A stretch of 64,000 nt of DNA, taken from Longimicrobiales bacterium (lineage in GTDB: Bacteria; Gemmatimonadota; Gemmatimonadetes; Longimicrobiales; Gaopeijiaceae). A program made the position numbers and the translations under genes. The DNA lies in the NCBI GenBank assembly GCA_965218295.1, contig CBDCKN010000009.1, positions 1 through 64,000 on the forward strand, given 5' to 3'. Numbering within the stretch: position 1 is the first letter of the stretch; each line of letters opens with the position of its first letter. Positions 30,918-41,148 of the stretch are shown here, in pieces. Under the pieces are notes generated by a model. That model had not been told where the DNA came from. It made no database searches and was given only the letters and a program-made list of their open reading frames with translations.

Positions 30918-32357
30918 CTACAGCTCCTTCGAACGAATCACCACCAGCTTCCTGATCTGCATGTCTTCCATCGTATAGGGGATCCCCCCCACTCCGATAC
31001 CCGACTCCCTCAGGCCAGCGAACGGCATCCAATCCACGCGGAATGCGGGGTGATCGTTGACCATAACCGCGGAGGCGTCGAGCCGGCGCGAAGCCCGTAG
31101 CGCAGTATCGAGATCGCGGGTGAATACTGAGGCCTGGAAAGCGTAAGGAAGCGAGTTCGCCCGGGCGAGCGCGTCATCGATGTCGTCGTACGGGTACACA
31201 CAGACGACCGGGCCAAAGATCTCGGATGTCGAGACTCGAGCGTCGCCAGGCGGATCGTACAGCACCGTTGGGGCGTAGCACGTCTCGGAAAGGGCTTCGC
31301 CGCCGGTGAGGAGCTCGCCACCGCGACCGACTCCTTCGCTCACCCACTCTCCTACGCGCTCCACTTCGGCTGGACGGATGAGGGGCCCTACTTCGGTATC
31401 CGGGGAGGTCGGATCGCCGACGTTGAGAGCAGTCGCCGCCTGGGCAAGCCGCTCGGCCAGATCGCGAGCGATGCTCCGGTGGGCGAAGACGCGCTGAACT
31501 GAGACGCAGACCTGGCCGGCGTGATAGAATCCACCCTTGCTGATCAGCGGGAGCACGTGGTCGAGGTCGGCGTCCTCGGCCACGAGGACGGGCGCCGCGC
31601 CTCCGTGTTCCAAGGCGCAGCGAGTGCCGGGAGCAAGCTTGGAGCGCAACATCCAACCCACACGAGCGCTGCCAATGAAGCTGAAGAAGCCCACCCTTCG
31701 ATCCGTGGCCAGTGATCCGGCGACGTCCAGATCGGTGGTCATGAGGCCCTGGCACCATTCCTCCGGGAGACCCGCCTCCCGGAGAATTCCCACGAAGCGC
31801 ATCCCCGACAGGGGTGTGGCCTCTGCCGGTTTGACTATGCACGGACACCCGGTCGCGACAGCCGGCCCGACCTGGTGGACGATAAGATTCAGCGGATGGT
31901 TGAAGGCGCTGAAGGCGACCACGACGCCGATGGGCTCGTAGCGGGTGAACGCCAATCGATTGGCCGACGCCGCGTTGAGTCCCATCGGGATCTCTTCGCC
32001 GTTCTGAGTGCGCAGGAATTCGACACATTCGTGCACTCCGTCGACCGCCCGATCCACCTCGACACGCGAGTCGATCAGTGGCTTTCCGCCCTCTCGGGCG
32101 GCTTCGACCGCTAGCTCCTCTCGTCGCTCCTGCATGATGGCGGCGGCGCCCCTCAGGATCTCGATCCGGCGGGCCGGGCTGAGCCAGGCGTCCCTGTCGC
32201 GGAAGAGTCGGTAGGCCGTGTCCAGCGCCTCCTCCACGACCCGCGCTCCTCCGCGCTCTACGGTAGCGATCAGGCTCCGATCGTAGGGCGCATGGACGTC
32301 CATGAGGTCGCTGTCCGGTGTCGCGCCCGGAACCATGAGTGGGAACTGCTCAGGCAT
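30918..32357 (-). CDS. Aldehyde dehydrogenase
   Basis: AFNHP, FIGS, LEHGG, GQVC and EIFGP. Confidence 0.93.
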   Translation of the reverse strand: MPEQFPLMVPGATPDSDLMDVHAPYDRSLIATVERGGARVVEEALDTAYRLFRDRDAWLSPARRIEILRGAAAIMQERREELAVEAAREGGKPLIDSRVEVDRAVDGVHECVEFLRTQNGEEIPMGLNAASANRLAFTRYEPIGVVVAFSAFNHPLNLIVHQVGPAVATGCPCIVKPAEATPLSGMRFVGILREAGLPEEWCQGLMTTDLDVAGSLATDRRVGFFSFIGSARVGWMLRSKLAPGTRCALEHGGAAPVLVAEDADLDHVLPLISKGGFYHAGQVCVSVQRVFAHRSIARDLAERLAQAATALNVGDPTSPDTEVGPLIRPAEVERVGEWVSEGVGRGGELLTGGEALSETCYAPTVLYDPPGDARVSTSEIFGPVVCVYPYDDIDDALARANSLPYAFQASVFTRDLDTALRASRRLDASAVMVNDHPAFRVDWMPFAGLRESGIGVGGIPYTMEDMQIRKLVVIRSKEL

Positions 32358-32393
32358 TCTCGTATCTCCCGTTATTCGGCCGCCCGCGCCGTC

Positions 32394-33650
32394 CTATATG
32401 GGACAGACCAGATCCCCCAGCTTCTCCGTCAACTTCATGTTCTCCGAGTAATCCACAGGGCAGTCGATGATCACGACGGTGTCGTCGGCGATGGCCTGCC
32501 TCAGCGTCGGCACCAACTCGTCGGCGCTTTCCACCCGATAGCCCTTGGCCCCGAAGCTCTTCGCGAACATCACGAAGTCGGGATTGTTGAAGTCGATGTG
32601 GCTGGGGCGGTCGAAGTGGCGCAGCTGATGCCAATGGATCAGACCGTACTCGCTGTCGTTCCAGATGAGAATGATGATTGGGGTCCCGATACGGAGCGCG
32701 GTCTCGATCTCCTGGCAATTCATCAGGAATCCGGCATCGCCCGTGATCGTTACTGCGGTACGGTCCGGGTGGACCAGCTTTGCGGCGATGGCCCCGGGCA
32801 CGCCGATCCCCATCGAGGCGAAACCGTTCGAGATGATGCAGGTGTTGGGGCGCTCGGCCTCGTAGAGCCGGGCGGTCCACATCTTATGAGCGTCCACGTC
32901 GCTGATGACGATGTCCTCCGGCCCGAGCACCTTCCGGAGGTCCCAAAGGATACGCTGCGGTACCATGGGGAACGCGGGGTTCTCCGCGTGCTCGGAGTGC
33001 TCCTGAAGGATGAGGTCTCGCAAAGCTCCAAGCTTCGGTTCGTTCTGAGGCTGCGCCACCTCAGCGATCCGCCGCAGTGACTCACCGATGTCGCCGATGA
33101 CCCCGGCCGCCAGCATGTAGTGCTCATCCACCTCGGCCGGCGTCTCGTCGATGTGTAGGATTTGGGCGTGTTTTTCGGGATGCCACAGATACGGATGGTA
33201 CTCGACCATGTCGTAGCCTACGCAAATGATCACGTCTGCGCGGTCGAATCCGCAGCTGACGTAGTCGTGGGCTTGCAAGCCCACGGTCCCGAGGCTGAGG
33301 GGGTGTGAGAACGGTATCGCGCCCTTGGCCATGAAGGTGGTCGCGACGGGGATCTGCAGCCTCTCGGCGAACGCCTGGAGCTGCGCCGTGCCTCCGGAGC
33401 GGATGACGCCGTTCCCTGCCATGACGACCGGGTGCTCCGCGCTCGAGATGATCTCAGCGGCCTGCTCGATCTTGGCCTCAGGGGCCCCGGGGGTCGTGGC
33501 CGCCTGCACCTTGAGCGGCTCCTTTCCTTCTACGTCGGAGCCGGCGATGTTTTCGGGAAAGGCGATGAAGCTGACGCCTGGCTTCTCCACGATCGCCTGC
33601 TTGAACGCCTTGCGAACCACCTCCGGAATGGTCTCCGGGTCCATGATCTG
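32394..33650 (-). pseudogene. ThDP-dependent acetolactate-synthase-like enzyme (2-oxoglutarate decarboxylase-like), N-terminus removed at the IS edge
   Basis: EVVRKAFK, SNGFASMG and GDAG...WND ThDP motif. Similarity stops at the IS inverted repeat (33651). Confidence 0.85.
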
Positions 33651-33700
33651 GGTAATTATATACCCCTTGCACGACAACTGCGGGTCAGTTAGCGTGGGGT

Positions 33701-34197
33701 ATGAATCTGAGAGGTTGGCTTGGCAGGCCATACACTGCGGTGTGTGGTCTCGCAATGTTCACGGGTTTGTTGGTCGATTTTCAGGGTGCGGCCTCCTAAG
33801 ATGTCCAAGGTCGTGCCTGTTCTTGCGGCGTTCCTCCCTATAATAGCTATAGGTGGAACGACGTTCTTTGGGCTTTGGTCAATAACGTCTATTTGGACGT
33901 TCCTTTAGGTCACGGCGCCCTGCTGCGAGGTTTGGAACATACTATCACACTGTGGTTCAATGCCGTGATGCCGCCAGGTTCGCGATGGAATGTTCCACGC
34001 ACAGTGCAGAACTGTATGCTGACTTGCGGCAACTTTCCGAAATATTGGGAAGGTTGGGCATAGAGTGTCCATCCGTATTCCCAGATGACCAGAAATATTC
34101 AAGCATATGGTTCGCCTTTCTGACTGAATTGAGCTCACTGGCTTTCCATGGAGATTTGACCAAAGCGCGCAGGCTAAAAAAGTTGATGTCCCTGTGA
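33701..34197 (+). pseudogene. Lower-GC IS passenger gene, probably a 2-TM protein with two frameshifts
   Basis: Segments MNLRGWLGRPYTAVCGLAMFTGLLVDFQGAAS, MSKVVPVLAAFLPIIAIGG... and SFRSRRPAARF...KKLMSL join if single bases are removed near 33796 and 33900. Confidence 0.45.
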
Positions 34198-34208
34198 ACA
34201 GACAGATG

Positions 34209-35117
34209 TTACGCGGCGGCTGTCAGCTCGCGGTACCGGAGGGCCTGGCCGTCCAGGAGACGGATCAGGACGGCCTCGAAGATGTAGGGGTTGTTCCGGT
34301 GGTTGATCCTGAACTCGACTTCGGACAGGTAGGCGTCCAGGTGCTTGGCGCTGACCTGGTGCCATGCTCCGACGATGGAGCGCTTGAGAAGGCTCCAGAC
34401 ACCCTCTACGCTGTTCGTGTGGACATCTCCGACCACCCACTCCTCTTCGGAGTGTTTGACCGTCTCATGGCGCGTGTCGTGATCGGCGATCCCGAGGTAG
34501 GACTTAAGCTCGTCGGTGTAGATGGCCTCGGTGTCGGACCGCGTGTTCCTGGCGATGAAGGCGTGGAGCGTGGCCCGCTTGATGTTGGGGACCACCTCGA
34601 TACGCACCTCGCCGCCACGCTGGACGGCTCCGGCGACCCACGTCTTGCCGACGCGGTTGCCGGTACCGACGCCGCGCCTCTTGCCGCCGACCAGGGTCTC
34701 GTCCACCTCGACCACGCCGAACAGGGTCGGCCCGCCCGAGAGATTGCCCCGCATGGCCGACCGGATACGATGGCACAGGTGCCACGCGGTCTTGTAGGTG
34801 ACGCCGATCGTCCGCTTGATCTGGTTCGCGCTGATGCTCTTCTTCGACTCGCAGACCAGGTAGATCGTTACGAACCACTTCCAGAGCGGAAGGTTCGTGT
34901 TGTCGAAGATGGTTCCCGAAGTAACGCTGAAGCGGTAGCGGCACCCGTTGCAGTCGAACTGGTCGCGGGTGCTGATCTCCGAGACGGACATGTCGCCGCA
35001 GCGCGGGCAAGCAACCGCCCCCGACCAGCGCAGCTTCTCAAGGTATTCGCGGCAAGTCTCTTCGTCGCGGAACTTTTCGATCAACGAAATCAGATTGATT
35101 CTGGAGGTGTCAACCAT
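34209..35117 (-). CDS. IS1595-family (ISXO2-like) transposase
   Basis: CPRCG...CNGC Zn ribbon, HTH with YKTAW, VEVDET, YTDE, HTNSVEGVWS and YLSEVEFR. Confidence 0.96.
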   Translation of the reverse strand: MVDTSRINLISLIEKFRDEETCREYLEKLRWSGAVACPRCGDMSVSEISTRDQFDCNGCRYRFSVTSGTIFDNTNLPLWKWFVTIYLVCESKKSISANQIKRTIGVTYKTAWHLCHRIRSAMRGNLSGGPTLFGVVEVDETLVGGKRRGVGTGNRVGKTWVAGAVQRGGEVRIEVVPNIKRATLHAFIARNTRSDTEAIYTDELKSYLGIADHDTRHETVKHSEEEWVVGDVHTNSVEGVWSLLKRSIVGAWHQVSAKHLDAYLSEVEFRINHRNNPYIFEAVLIRLLDGQALRYRELTAAA

Positions 35118-35262
35118 GGGTCATACCCGGCGTAAAGAGGACAAGCTACCGAAGGACGTAAGGCACCTAACGGGCGACCAGGTGATGGAGAAGTTGTTCT
35201 CTAAGAAAGTGGCTAAAGAACTGAAGAAGGTCGCCCATGAGAAGGGCCGGAAAGCGAAGTGA
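35116..35262 (+). CDS. 48-aa basic peptide inside the IS, divergent from the transposase
   Basis: GGAGGT SD at 35103-35108. Sequence MGHTRRKEDKLPKDVRHLTGDQVMEKLFSKKVAKELKKVAHEKGRKAK. Confidence 0.6.
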   Translation: MGHTRRKEDKLPKDVRHLTGDQVMEKLFSKKVAKELKKVAHEKGRKAK

Positions 35263-35321
35263 ATATCCATACACTGAATCTAATACAACCGGCCCTGCCG
35301 TGCAAGGGGTATATAATTACC

Positions 35322-35655
35322 GAACGGTGGCGTCTCCGACCCTGAAGACGTCGCCAATGCGCACCACCTCGTCTGTCAGGCCCTCGACGGTGAGGTTCTC
35401 TCCAAAGTTGCCGTAACGGAGATCGTCGCGCCGCAGCTCTTGCTTCCAGTACTCGTAGTAGTCGCCTGAATAGACATAGACCGCTTTATCCCGGCCGCCG
35501 TGCACGCTGAGGTCGGCCTGCCGATCCTCATCCAGGTTGAGCTCGCGCATCATCAGCGGCCCAGCCACGGGATCCTTGAAGATGCCTGTCTCGACTCTTC
35601 CGCCTCTGTACTCGACGACCTTCGGGAGCGAGACGTTCACTGATAGGATGCTCAT
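35322..35655 (-). pseudogene. Second MOSC-domain gene, 3'-truncated by the IS
   Basis: SVNVSLP, TGIFK, HGG.DKAV and FGENL. Ends at the IS IR before the QPRxPC motif. Confidence 0.88.
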
Positions 35656-35745
35656 AGTCGAGGCGCTCGGGTCCTATGGCTCCCGGTGCTACAGTTGTTG
35701 ACAGTATTCTACGACGTTCTCCAGCGTCCTCCAAGGAGCACCCCC

Positions 35746-37470
35746 GTGAAGAAACCATCAGTGTCCGAATACATCGTTTCCGCTCTCGCGCAAGCCGGCG
35801 TGCAGCGGGTGTACGGAATCGTTGGTGATTCACTCAACGGAGTCACCGAAGCCGTGCGCCGCCATCCCGATGTGGATTGGGTGTCCGTCCGACACGAGGA
35901 AACCGGCGCGTTCGCCGCCGCGGCCGAAGCTCAGCTGACCGGTCGGTTGGCCGTATGCGCCGGGAGCAGCGGGCCCGGGTGTATTCACCTCGTCAACGGC
36001 CTGTACGATGCGCAGCGCAGCCTGGCGCCAGTATTGGCGCTGGCGGGCCACATCCCCTCCACCGAGATCGGGACCGGATTCTTCCAAGAGTCCCATCCCG
36101 ACCGGCTCTTCGTCGACTGCAGTCATTATAGTGAGCTGATCTCCTCCCCCAGGCAGATGCCCCGCACGCTTCAGATTGCCATGCAGACCGCAATCAGCCG
36201 GCGCGGGGTCGCCGTGGTCGTGCTGCCGGGGGATATCGCCCTGGCCCAGATGACTGACATGGATCTGGCGCACCCCATCGCCGGGGACTGTTCGCGCAGC
36301 CAGCCGTGTGACGACACCCTGGCCGAGCTCGCCGCGCTGTTGAGCGGCAAGGCCAGGGTTACGATCCTCGCTGGCGCGGGGTGCGCGGGCGCCCACGGTC
36401 AGCTCCTCGAGGTAGCCGCCACTCTCAAGGCTCCGATCGTGCACGCGCTCCGGGGCAAGGAGCACGTCGCCTACGACAATCCATACGACGTAGGAATGAC
36501 GGGCCTGATTGGTCTCTCCCCCGGCTACAAGGCGCTGGAAAGTTGCGATGTGCTCCTCATGCTGGGCACGGATTTCCCCTACGCCGACTGGTATCCCAAG
36601 GGAAAGACCATCATCCAGGTCGACATCGACGGGCAGCGCCTGGGACGCCGCTGCGGCCTGACCCTGGGAGTCCAAGCCGATGTAAAGGAGACGCTGGCGG
36701 CTCTCCTGCCTCTGCTGGCAAAGAAGGAAGACTCAGGCCATCTGGATCAGGCGGTCGAGCAACACGTGTCCGCACGCAAACGCCTGGACGAGCACGTACG
36801 GAAATCGACGGAGGACAAGCCGATCCACCCCGAGTACCTGACGAGCATCGTGAGCGAGCTGGCCAGCCCCGACGCGGTGTTCACGGCGGATGTCGGGATG
36901 TGCACGGTCTGGGCGGCGCGGTATCTGGAGATGACCAGAGAGCGCCGTCTTCTGGGCTCCTTTACCCACGGCTCGATGGCCAACGCCCTTCCCCAGGCGA
37001 TCGGAGCTCAGCTCTGCTATCCCGATCGCCAGGTGATCTCACTCTCGGGAGACGGCGGTTTCACCATGCTGTTGGGGGATTTCATCACGCTGGTGCAGGC
37101 GGGGCTTCCGGTGAAGGTGGTGGTCTACAACAACAGCTCGCTCGCGATGGTCAAGCTCGAGCAGAACGTGGCTGGGCTCCCTGATTTCGGGACGCAGCTG
37201 GAGAATCCGAATTTCGCCAAGGTCGCCGAGGCGATGGGCGCGCGAGGAATCCGCGTGGAGGATCCAGGAGAACTCAGATCGGCGGTGGCGTCCGCGCTCG
37301 AGACGAACGGCCCGGTGCTGGTGGATGTGCTCACGAATCCCGGGGAGCTCTCGATGCCTCCCAAGACGACGCTGAAGCAGGTCCAGGGATACAGTCTGTA
37401 CTTGATCAAGGAGATTCTGGGCGGGCGCGGCGGCGGTGCGATCGAGTCGCTTCGAAGCAGCCGGCGGTAG
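35746..37470 (+). CDS. poxB: Quinone-dependent pyruvate dehydrogenase / oxidase
   Basis: GDSLN, RHEE, HALRGKE, HGSMANA and SGDGG...NN. AAGGAG SD before the GTG. Confidence 0.92.
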   Translation: MKKPSVSEYIVSALAQAGVQRVYGIVGDSLNGVTEAVRRHPDVDWVSVRHEETGAFAAAAEAQLTGRLAVCAGSSGPGCIHLVNGLYDAQRSLAPVLALAGHIPSTEIGTGFFQESHPDRLFVDCSHYSELISSPRQMPRTLQIAMQTAISRRGVAVVVLPGDIALAQMTDMDLAHPIAGDCSRSQPCDDTLAELAALLSGKARVTILAGAGCAGAHGQLLEVAATLKAPIVHALRGKEHVAYDNPYDVGMTGLIGLSPGYKALESCDVLLMLGTDFPYADWYPKGKTIIQVDIDGQRLGRRCGLTLGVQADVKETLAALLPLLAKKEDSGHLDQAVEQHVSARKRLDEHVRKSTEDKPIHPEYLTSIVSELASPDAVFTADVGMCTVWAARYLEMTRERRLLGSFTHGSMANALPQAIGAQLCYPDRQVISLSGDGGFTMLLGDFITLVQAGLPVKVVVYNNSSLAMVKLEQNVAGLPDFGTQLENPNFAKVAEAMGARGIRVEDPGELRSAVASALETNGPVLVDVLTNPGELSMPPKTTLKQVQGYSLYLIKEILGGRGGGAIESLRSSRR

Positions 37471-37509
37471 CGCATTGCGCGGAGGCCTCGTCACGGCGTT
37501 TGAGTCATC

Positions 37510-40014
37510 TTGCCCCGACGGCGACGAGAAGTTTTGATATCCCTCTCCAACCCTGGCCCTGGGCTTCATCCGAACAGCGAGGACGTAGCCACGAAACATC
37601 GCTCCCTGTATGTCGTTCTAGGCGTGGCGGCGCTGGTCGCGTCTGGGCTAGATCCCGCGCGCGCGCAGGACCGCGTGGCCGTGAGCATCGGCGTCGTGGT
37701 CGACGGGCCGTGGGAACGAAACGACGAGATTCTAGATCGCTTCCAGCAGGAAATCACCGCGCTCCTTTCCGGCGATTTCGACGTACGGTTTCCGATCCAG
37801 GCACAGGTCGATGGCGGCTGGACGACGGAGGGCGTACGGAACGCGCTCGACCGGTTGCTGGGAGATCAGGAGGTGGACCTCGTCCTCACCATCGGTGTGC
37901 TCGGTTCCGTGGATGCGGGACGCCGCACGGTGCTTCCGAAACCCGTCATCGCTCCCTTCATCTGGGACTCGGATCTACAGGCCATTCCCCGCACGGACAG
38001 CGGCACGAGTGGCGTCGCCAACTTGAGCTATGTCGAGCATCCCGCGGCTTTTTCGCGGGACCTCCAGCTCTTCCGAGAGGTCGTGCCGTTTCAGAGGCTC
38101 GGTGTCTTGCGTGGTGAAGCGTATGTGGGTGGCGCTCCGGAGCTGTGGATCGGGCTGGAGCGGATGGCCACCGCTCTTGGCGTCGAGCTGGTGTCGATCC
38201 CAGTGGGTGGCTCGGCCGATTCGGCCATCGCCGCAGTGCCGCCGGACGTGGAGGCGGTGTACCTCTACCCGTTGACCCAGCTGCGGCCGGGCGAGTTCGA
38301 CCTGCTGGTCGAACGCCTCATCGAGCGGCGGCTGCCGAGCTTCTCGTTCTTGGGCGTCGAGGAGGTGGAGCGAGGCATCCTTGTCGGCCTCAATCCCGAG
38401 ACGTTCTGGGTCCGACTGGCGCGGAGAGTCGCTTTGAACGCGCAACAAATCCTTCTCGGCGCAGACGCGGGCACCCTCTCGGTGGCCATCTCATACGGCG
38501 AGTGGCTGACGCTGAACATGGGGACCGCGCGCGCCATCGGCGTTTCGCCGTCGTGGCAGGTAGTCACCGAAGCGGAAGCGATCAACGATGTCCCGGAAGA
38601 GGGGCGCCGGCTGACGCTCGCCGATGCCGTGCGCGAGGCGCTGGACGCCAACCTGGACTTGACGGTCGAGGACCACCTAGTGGCGGCCGGGTCGAAGAAC
38701 GTCGGGCTGGCCCGTTCTCAACTCTTGCCACAGCTCGACGTGTCGGCGCTCGCCGCGGTCATCGACGCGGACCGGGCTGAGGCAAGCGTCGGTCGCCAGC
38801 CACAGCGGACCCTCATTGGCGGCGTCACCGCGACGCAGCTGCTGTTCTCTGAGCCCGCGTGGGCGAATATGGCCATTCAAGATCGCGTGCAGGTCTCCCG
38901 GGAAGCCCAACGGGACGTGCTCCGGCTCGACGTCATCTGGAATGCGGCGACGGCGTACCTGAACGTGCTGCGCGCCCGCAAATTCGAGCAGATCCAACGG
39001 GAGAACCTGCGGCTCACGCGCGCGAATCTCGAGCGGGCTCGAGTCCGCCGGGTCATCGGCGCGGCGAGCTTCGCCGAAGAGTTCCGTTGGGAGACCGAGA
39101 TCGCACGGGGGCGCAGCGCGTCGATACGAGCCAACTCCCAACGGAACATCGCGGAGATCGCGTTGAACCGCGTGCGGCACCGCCCGCTCGAGGAGTCGTT
39201 CTTGATTGAGGAAGTGGGGCTCGACGACCCCTCCTTGCTCACGGGTGACGCACGGTTCTTCGACTACTTTACCGATCGGGCCACCTTCCGGGTCTTTCGC
39301 ACTTTCATGACCCGTGAAGCGGTTGCCTCGTCACCCGAACTGCAGGGCCTCGCGGCGGCCATCGACGCACAGCGCCGCGTGTATCGTTCCACGTCCAACA
39401 GCTTCTGGGCGCCCACGGTGGCGCTTCAAGCCGACTTGACGGGCCGCCTGGCGGAGGGAGGAGCCGGTACGAACTTCAGCCCGCAGCTACCGCCGGGGAC
39501 ACCCGATCTCTCGGGATTGTTTCCCCAAGCCAACGACGTGAGTCTGAGCCTGGGACTCAATGTGTCGATACCCGTTTTCTTGGGCGGCGCGCGTTTCTTG
39601 GAGCGCACGCAGAGTCTCGAGGAAGTTGCCCGACTCGAAGCACAACAGTTGGCCGTGAGCGAACGCATCGAGCAGCGGGTTCGTACCGCGCTGCATGTTG
39701 CGGGCTCGAGCTATGCGAGTATCGGGCTAGCCCGTGAGGGCGCTGACGCCGCGGGGAGCAACCTGGATCTGGTGAGTGACTCGTACTCGCAGGGCCTCGT
39801 TTCGATCATCGACCTCATCAATGCTCAAAACGCCGCGCTGGTCGCCGACCTCAGCGCCGCCACGGCGGTATACGACTTCCTCGTTGATTGGGTCGAAGTG
39901 GAGCGCGCGATCGGGCGTTTCAGTCTGTTCATGACCGCTGACGGGCGGAACGATTTCTTCGATCGGCTGGAAGCATTTGTCGCTGTAGGCGGCGGCGACG
40001 CGGCGCAACGTTGA
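37510..40014 (+). CDS. TolC-family outer-membrane factor fused to an N-terminal ABC substrate-binding-like domain
   Basis: C-terminal OEP repeats (LTLADAVREAL.AN; Y.QG.VS..DLI.AQ) after an N-terminal domain of about 330 aa. Start uncertain. Confidence 0.82.
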   Translation: MPRRRREVLISLSNPGPGLHPNSEDVATKHRSLYVVLGVAALVASGLDPARAQDRVAVSIGVVVDGPWERNDEILDRFQQEITALLSGDFDVRFPIQAQVDGGWTTEGVRNALDRLLGDQEVDLVLTIGVLGSVDAGRRTVLPKPVIAPFIWDSDLQAIPRTDSGTSGVANLSYVEHPAAFSRDLQLFREVVPFQRLGVLRGEAYVGGAPELWIGLERMATALGVELVSIPVGGSADSAIAAVPPDVEAVYLYPLTQLRPGEFDLLVERLIERRLPSFSFLGVEEVERGILVGLNPETFWVRLARRVALNAQQILLGADAGTLSVAISYGEWLTLNMGTARAIGVSPSWQVVTEAEAINDVPEEGRRLTLADAVREALDANLDLTVEDHLVAAGSKNVGLARSQLLPQLDVSALAAVIDADRAEASVGRQPQRTLIGGVTATQLLFSEPAWANMAIQDRVQVSREAQRDVLRLDVIWNAATAYLNVLRARKFEQIQRENLRLTRANLERARVRRVIGAASFAEEFRWETEIARGRSASIRANSQRNIAEIALNRVRHRPLEESFLIEEVGLDDPSLLTGDARFFDYFTDRATFRVFRTFMTREAVASSPELQGLAAAIDAQRRVYRSTSNSFWAPTVALQADLTGRLAEGGAGTNFSPQLPPGTPDLSGLFPQANDVSLSLGLNVSIPVFLGGARFLERTQSLEEVARLEAQQLAVSERIEQRVRTALHVAGSSYASIGLAREGADAAGSNLDLVSDSYSQGLVSIIDLINAQNAALVADLSAATAVYDFLVDWVEVERAIGRFSLFMTADGRNDFFDRLEAFVAVGGGDAAQR

Positions 40015-40037
40015 CCACGGACTGATCGGGTAAAGCC

Positions 40038-41148
40038 ATGAGACTACCAGACGATTTGTTTCGAACTTGTGGGACCGCCTCCGCGGTGCTGCTCGTGGCC
40101 TGCGGCGGCGGCGAACCGACCACCGAGGTCCTTCGTCCCGTACGGTACGCCCAGGTCTTCGCGACTGGCGGGATTCTAGAACGCACGTTTTCCGGCGCCG
40201 CACATGCCCGTGTGGAGTCGCGTTTGAGCTTTCGAGTGGCTGGAGCGATTCAGCAGATCCCCGTGGACGTTGGCGATGCGGTGCGGATAGGACAGCTCAT
40301 CGGTGAGCTCGATCCGGAGGACTATCGGCTTCAGCTCCAGGAGGCGGAAGTCGCCGTCGCACGCGCGCGCGGAGGCGCGCAACGCCGAGGCCAATCTGGT
40401 GCGGATTCGAGAGCTCTACGAGAGCAGCAACGCGTCCGAGAACGATCTGGACGCCGCGCTTTCGGCGTCCCAAACGGCGGCCGCCCAGGTGCAGGCTGCC
40501 GTGAACCGGCGCGACGCGGCGCGGCTGCAGTTGAGCTACACCCGGCTCAGCGCCCCCGCACCGGGTCGTATCTCCTCGGTCGACGTCGAGGTCAATGAAA
40601 ATATCCGTGTCGGGCAGACCGTGGCGGTGCTCACGTCGGCATCGGAGCTGGAGGTGGAAGTCGCCTTCCCGGAGGCGCTCATCTCGCGCGTACGGGAGGG
40701 CCACCGCGTCACCGTCACCTTCGATGCGCTGCCGGACAGTTCATTTGCGGCCGCCGTGACCGAAGTTGGCGTTACCGCCGGTGGGTTGGCCACCACGTTC
40801 CCTGTCACCGTTCGACTCCAGCGCACGGTGGAGGGGCTTCGACCGGGGATGGCAGCGGAGGTGGCGTTCCGATTCGAATCTAGCGACCGACGGGAGCGGG
40901 TGATCGTGCCGTTGGTGGCGGTCGGGGAGGATCGAAATGGCCGCTTCGTTTTCGTGGTGCAACGTGTCGACTCCATCACGGGTGTCGTGTTGCGGCGGCC
41001 GGTGACTGTGGGTGAGCTCACGACGGACGAGGGCTTCGAGATTCTCGAGGGACTCGTCGATGAGGAACTCGTAGTGACGGCCGGCATCAGCCGCATCGCG
41101 GACAGCATGCGCGTCAGGCTGCCGCGCCCCACAGGACCGGGATCATGA
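40038..41148 (+). pseudogene. RND periplasmic adaptor subunit, frameshifted
   Basis: Lipobox LVAC and LSFRVAG. Frame shifts in the CG dinucleotide run near 40362-40371, then YTRLSAP and LRPGM follow. Confidence 0.87.

Larger units (their letters stand above)
33651..35321 (-). mobile_element. IS1595-family element, ISNwi1-type ends, 1671 bp, carrying passenger DNA
   Basis: Perfect 23-bp terminal IRs GGTAATTATATACCCCTTGCACG (33651-33673 and 35299-35321) enclose the transposase. No target duplication. Confidence 0.93.

Noticed and set aside
32394..33755. ORF-track N-terminus MRDHTPQCMAC... of the ALS-like protein
   Set aside because: Those codons come from the IS left end, not from the native gene.
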